DNA of 46,178 bases from Treponema sp. GTDB lineage: Bacteria > Spirochaetota > Spirochaetia > Treponematales > Treponemataceae. Each line of letters begins with the position of its first letter. Positions within the stretch are counted from its first letter, which is position 1. The position numbers were made by a program, and so were the translations under genes. Positions 43,363 to 46,178 of this stretch are shown piece by piece. The stretch spans positions 1-46,178 of the forward strand of contig JAILNT010000161.1 of the NCBI GenBank assembly GCA_024691265.1, in the 5' to 3' direction. The notes under the pieces are model-generated. The model had not been told where the DNA came from and searched no databases. It saw nothing but the letters and a program-made list of their open reading frames with translations.

Positions 43363-43923
43363 TTAGATTACTTTTTCAACCTGCATCACATCAACTTCAA
43401 CAGGTGTATCACGACCGAAAATCTGAACAACTACTGTAAGCTTATTCTTTTCGGCATCAATTTTTTCAATTTTTCCGTTAAATGTTGCAAAAGGTCCTTC
43501 TGTAACTTTAACAGCATCACCAACATTGTAAGACATTTTCATACGAACAGGTTTTTCACCCTTTATCTGTCCACAACGGAGAAGCAAATTCTTAGCTTCA
43601 TCATTTGAAATAGGACGAGGACGTTCACTTGGATTTGTACCAACAAAACCAGTTACACCCTGAATACGTCTAACCTGAGAACATGTATCCTTCCAACCTA
43701 AATCAGGAAGATCCATTTCCAACATAACATATCCAGGTAAAAATTTATTTTTGCGAGAACGCTTCTTACCGTCTTTAATTTCTACAACTTCTTCTTCAGG
43801 AACTTTTACATCTGTAACAATAGAAGAATCAAGCTTCTTTTCTGCAAGAAGAGTATCGAGAGTACGTTTTATCTTACTCTCATAACCTACATAAGTGTGA
43901 AGAATATACCAGCTTTTAGCCAT
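43363..43923 (-). CDS. nusG: Transcription termination/antitermination factor NusG
   Basis: WY, PGYV, VTGFVG, GPF, IFGR.TPVE. Confidence 0.99.
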   Translation of the reverse strand: MAKSWYILHTYVGYESKIKRTLDTLLAEKKLDSSIVTDVKVPEEEVVEIKDGKKRSRKNKFLPGYVMLEMDLPDLGWKDTCSQVRRIQGVTGFVGTNPSERPRPISNDEAKNLLLRCGQIKGEKPVRMKMSYNVGDAVKVTEGPFATFNGKIEKIDAEKNKLTVVVQIFGRDTPVEVDVMQVEKVI

Positions 43924-43941
43924 TAGAACATCCTAGAATTT

Positions 43942-44121
43942 CTAGAAAACGAGACGCATACCATATGTAAATACCATATCTAGTACGCCAAGAATAATTG
44001 CAACCAAGATTGTGGAAATAATAACAACTTTAACAGAAGCTACAACATCATCAAAAGTGGGCCATACAACCTTTTTAAGTTCTATTCCACATTCCTTAAT
44101 AAAAGTCTTAATCTTTCCCAT
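43942..44121 (-). CDS. secE: Preprotein translocase SecE
   Basis: ELKKVVWP plus one TM helix; start set at ATG 44121 after GAGG. Confidence 0.96.
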   Translation of the reverse strand: MGKIKTFIKECGIELKKVVWPTFDDVVASVKVVIISTILVAIILGVLDMVFTYGMRLVF

Positions 44122-44166
44122 TTTCGTCCTCAATAATATTGTCAACTTAATGCTTTTTCAAAAATA

Positions 44167-44239
44167 CAGGCCAGGTAGGACTCGAACCCACGACAACCGG
44201 TTTTGGAGACCGGGACTCTACCAACTGAGCTACTGACCT
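44167..44239 (-). tRNA. tRNA-Trp (CCA)
   Basis: AGGTCAG...CCGGT-CTCCAAA-ACCGG...GTTCGAGT...CTGGCCT-G cloverleaf; CCA end not encoded. Confidence 0.97.
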
Positions 44240-44336
44240 AAAAATATATAAAAATATATTTTCAACTGACCACAAAAATCAAAACAGATTTCAATAGTCA
44301 GTTATTTACTAATAATAAACAGAAACAAATTCTAAA

Positions 44337-44513
44337 TTATTTTGCCTTTGTTTCTTTGTGCATTGTCTCTTTGCGGCAGAAAGGACAATACTTATTCTTT
44401 TCAAGCTTTCCCTGAATGTTCTTGCGGTTCTTTGTTGTTGTATAATTCTTATTCTTGCATTCTGGGCACTGCAGAGCGATAATTTCTACAGCTGACTTCT
44501 TTTTGCTAGCCAT
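44337..44513 (-). CDS. rpmG: 50S ribosomal protein L33 (zinc form)
   Basis: CPEC...NY.T.KN...KYCPFC...H.E; real start ATG 44513 after AGGAG (the track ORF over-extends into the tRNA). Confidence 0.97.
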   Translation of the reverse strand: MASKKKSAVEIIALQCPECKNKNYTTTKNRKNIQGKLEKNKYCPFCRKETMHKETKAK

Positions 44514-44554
44514 AATAAATCTCCTAAATGGATTGCAGTAGTACTGCTTTTTAA

Positions 44555-44627
44555 AGCTCCCAAGCGGAATCGGACCGCTGACCTCATCGTTACCAACGAT
44601 GTGCTCTACCGACTGAGCTATAAGAGC
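44555..44627 (-). tRNA. tRNA-Thr (GGT)
   Basis: GCTCTTA...CATCG-TTGGTAA-CGATG...AGCGG-TCCGATT-CCGCT-TGGGAGC-T cloverleaf. Confidence 0.93.
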
Positions 44628-44651
44628 GTAATTTTCATATGATGTTCCATG

Positions 44652-44680
44652 AATATACAAAATAGATAATCTTTTGTCAA
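44652..44680 (-). promoter_or_regulatory. Sigma70 promoter at the head of the tRNA-Thr/rpmG/secE/nusG cluster
   Basis: Minus strand TTGACA-N17-TATATT. Confidence 0.75.
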
Positions 44681-44855
44681 CATGCAAAAATATTTTTTTA
44701 GCAAAGTTTTACTTTTTTCCAAACTATTACAATCTATATTTTTACTTATAATTATAAACATTGCTACAGCTAAGCTTCACTTTTTTAATATATTTTGATA
44801 GTCTATACAAGTTTATTTTCTTCTAATTTTTTTCTATTTGAAAGAAGGATTTTTA

Positions 44856-45743
44856 ATGACTATTGACACAATGATTGACAGGATTCTTGACTCATACAAG
44901 ACCTACGGCGGAGTAAACAGATACGGAGCAAACACATTTCCAAACAGAGAAAATGTTATTTCTGTACTTCATGATTTAATGAGTTTAATTTTTCCAGGGT
45001 ATAGAACTGCAGAAGTTTTAGATGACCAGAATTTGCGTTATGTAACAGGAGAAAGAATTCATCGTATTATTCACATTCTAACAGAAGAAATACAAAAAGC
45101 TCTCATATACATAGCTGGCTGTAAAGAAGACTCCACAAACCAAAGCAGGGAAAACGTAAAAAATTCTCATTGCTTTTGTTTAGCAGAAAAAACATCATAC
45201 GCTCTTATAGAAGCTTTGCCAGAAATAAGAAAAATGATACACAAAGATACACAGGCAGCTTTCGATGGTGACCCTGCAGCAAAAAGCACAGAGGAAGTTA
45301 TAGTCTCTTATCCCGGACTTGAAGCAATTTCTATTTATAGAATAGCACACTTTTTATTTGAAAATGGAGTTCCTGTAATTCCTAGAATAATGTCAGAATA
45401 TGCACATGGAAAAACTGGTATCGATATTCACCCGGGAGCAAAAATAGGGGAATCATTTTTTATAGACCACGGAACAGGGGTTGTTATAGGTGAAACATGT
45501 GTTATAGGAAATAATGTAAAAATATATCAGGGCGTCACATTAGGAGCTTTAAGCGTAAAAAAATCTTTACAAGATAAAAAGCGACACCCAACAATTGAAG
45601 ACAATGTTACAATATATGCTGATGCAACTATTCTTGGAGGAAAAACAGTTATAGGAGAAGGCTGTATAATTGGTGGTAACACATGGGTTACACATTCAGT
45701 TCCTGCAAAAAGTATAAGAACACAATCGGATAAAGAAATATAA
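44856..45743 (+). CDS. cysE: Serine O-acetyltransferase (EpsC/CysE-type)
   Basis: [40 protein letters not shown]; start set at ATG 44856 after AAGGA. Confidence 0.93.
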   Translation: MTIDTMIDRILDSYKTYGGVNRYGANTFPNRENVISVLHDLMSLIFPGYRTAEVLDDQNLRYVTGERIHRIIHILTEEIQKALIYIAGCKEDSTNQSRENVKNSHCFCLAEKTSYALIEALPEIRKMIHKDTQAAFDGDPAAKSTEEVIVSYPGLEAISIYRIAHFLFENGVPVIPRIMSEYAHGKTGIDIHPGAKIGESFFIDHGTGVVIGETCVIGNNVKIYQGVTLGALSVKKSLQDKKRHPTIEDNVTIYADATILGGKTVIGEGCIIGGNTWVTHSVPAKSIRTQSDKEI

Positions 45744-45747
45744 TATT

Positions 45748-45798
45748 AAAAAGCTCTTTTTCGAAGATTTATCATACTAAGAAAAAGAGCTTTTTTTT
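45748..45798 (+). terminator. Rho-independent terminator after cysE
   Basis: AAAAGCTCTTTTTC...GAAAAAGAGCTTTTTTTT. Confidence 0.85.
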
Positions 45799-45811
45799 AC
45801 ACTATGTATTT

Positions 45812-45910
45812 AAAAAGAATAAAGGCACCAAACAACAACGTTGCTCGATGCCTCTATCGTCCAGCAAGCTGGACATCGGAGAGAGTTTATCAGCTTATTT
45901 ACAAGCTGGT
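45812..45910 (-). ncRNA. Putative ~100-nt small RNA (possibly skipping-rope-like)
   Basis: Own promoter; 5' hairpin CAGCUU/AAGCUG, linker AUAAACUCUCUCCGAU, hairpin GUCCAGC/GCUGGAC, 16-bp terminator stem and U-tract; no ORF on that strand. Confidence 0.7.
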
Positions 45911-45913
45911 ATT

Positions 45914-45942
45914 AATATATAGCAACAAATATCTTTTGTCAA
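45914..45942 (-). promoter_or_regulatory. Sigma70 promoter of the small RNA
   Basis: Minus strand TTGACA-N17-TATATT. Confidence 0.75.
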
Positions 45943-46009
45943 TAATTTTTAGAGATTTTAGAAATTTTTTGTTAAAATTAGAGATTTTTTTGTAAAACTT
46001 ATATTGCAT

Positions 46010-46048
46010 AAAAAAAGAGGCCTTCCAAGCGTCAAAAAGGAAAGCCCC
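46010..46048 (-). terminator. Rho-independent terminator, possibly ending a second small RNA
   Basis: Minus strand GGGGCTTTCC-loop-GGAAGGCCTC followed by T7. Confidence 0.75.
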
Positions 46049-46141
46049 TATATTTCATCTAAAAAAGGAGATAGTCATTATTATATTACTGCATAATATA
46101 AAAAACAATATATTTTGCGTGTAATGCGTGTATTTTTTCTC

Positions 46142-46175
46142 AAAAAAAAAGTCCTCTAGTAAAAAACTAGAGGAC
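46142..46175 (-). terminator. Rho-independent terminator of a gene beyond the window edge
   Basis: Minus strand GTCCTCTAGT-loop-ACTAGAGGAC followed by T9. Confidence 0.85.
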
Positions 46176-46178
46176 ATA

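Noticed and set aside
28943-44687. N-terminal extensions of rplC, rpsJ, tuf, rpoC, rpoB, rplK, secE and rpmG in the ORF track
   Set aside because: Longest-ORF artefacts; each gene has a downstream ATG with a good SD that matches the family start.
45804-45995. 63-aa plus-strand ORF after cysE
   Set aside because: Starts right after a terminator with no SD and is antisense to a better-supported promoter-hairpin-terminator unit.

Overview
AT-rich core-chromosome segment of a spirochete, most likely a gut-type Treponema (inferred from RpoA/RpoB/NusG/AckA sequence style, groEL without groES, and fusA, adk, map and infA missing from the r-protein cluster). About 29 kb (15.9-44.6 kb, minus strand) is one translation/transcription supercluster: tRNA-Thr, rpmG, tRNA-Trp, secE, nusG, rplKAJL, rpoBC, rpsLG, tuf, then the S10, spc and alpha operons. 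The left flank carries housekeeping and accessory genes (pseudo-receiver protein, DJ-1, thrS, OppA, ackA, GH43, aconitase-family hydratase, groEL, rnhA, lipoprotein plus OMP); cysE lies to the right. No mobile element, prophage or CRISPR is seen. The most interesting signals are mostly non-coding. (1) A ~490-nt multi-hairpin leader with its own promoter sits where fusA normally is, upstream of tuf. (2) That leader shares a UUGCCAU...GGUACGG(A/U)CC module with the rpsJ-rplC spacer, in permuted connectivity, suggesting a common RNA regulatory site. (3) A 74-aa basic CxxC...CxxC protein ends the alpha operon and is a candidate lineage-specific ribosomal protein. (4) One clear and one probable stand-alone small RNA with anti-Shine-Dalgarno-like seeds lie after cysE. 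(5) RpoB has Ser rather than the spirochete-typical Asn at the rifampicin site. All RNA structures were paired by eye and need computational confirmation.
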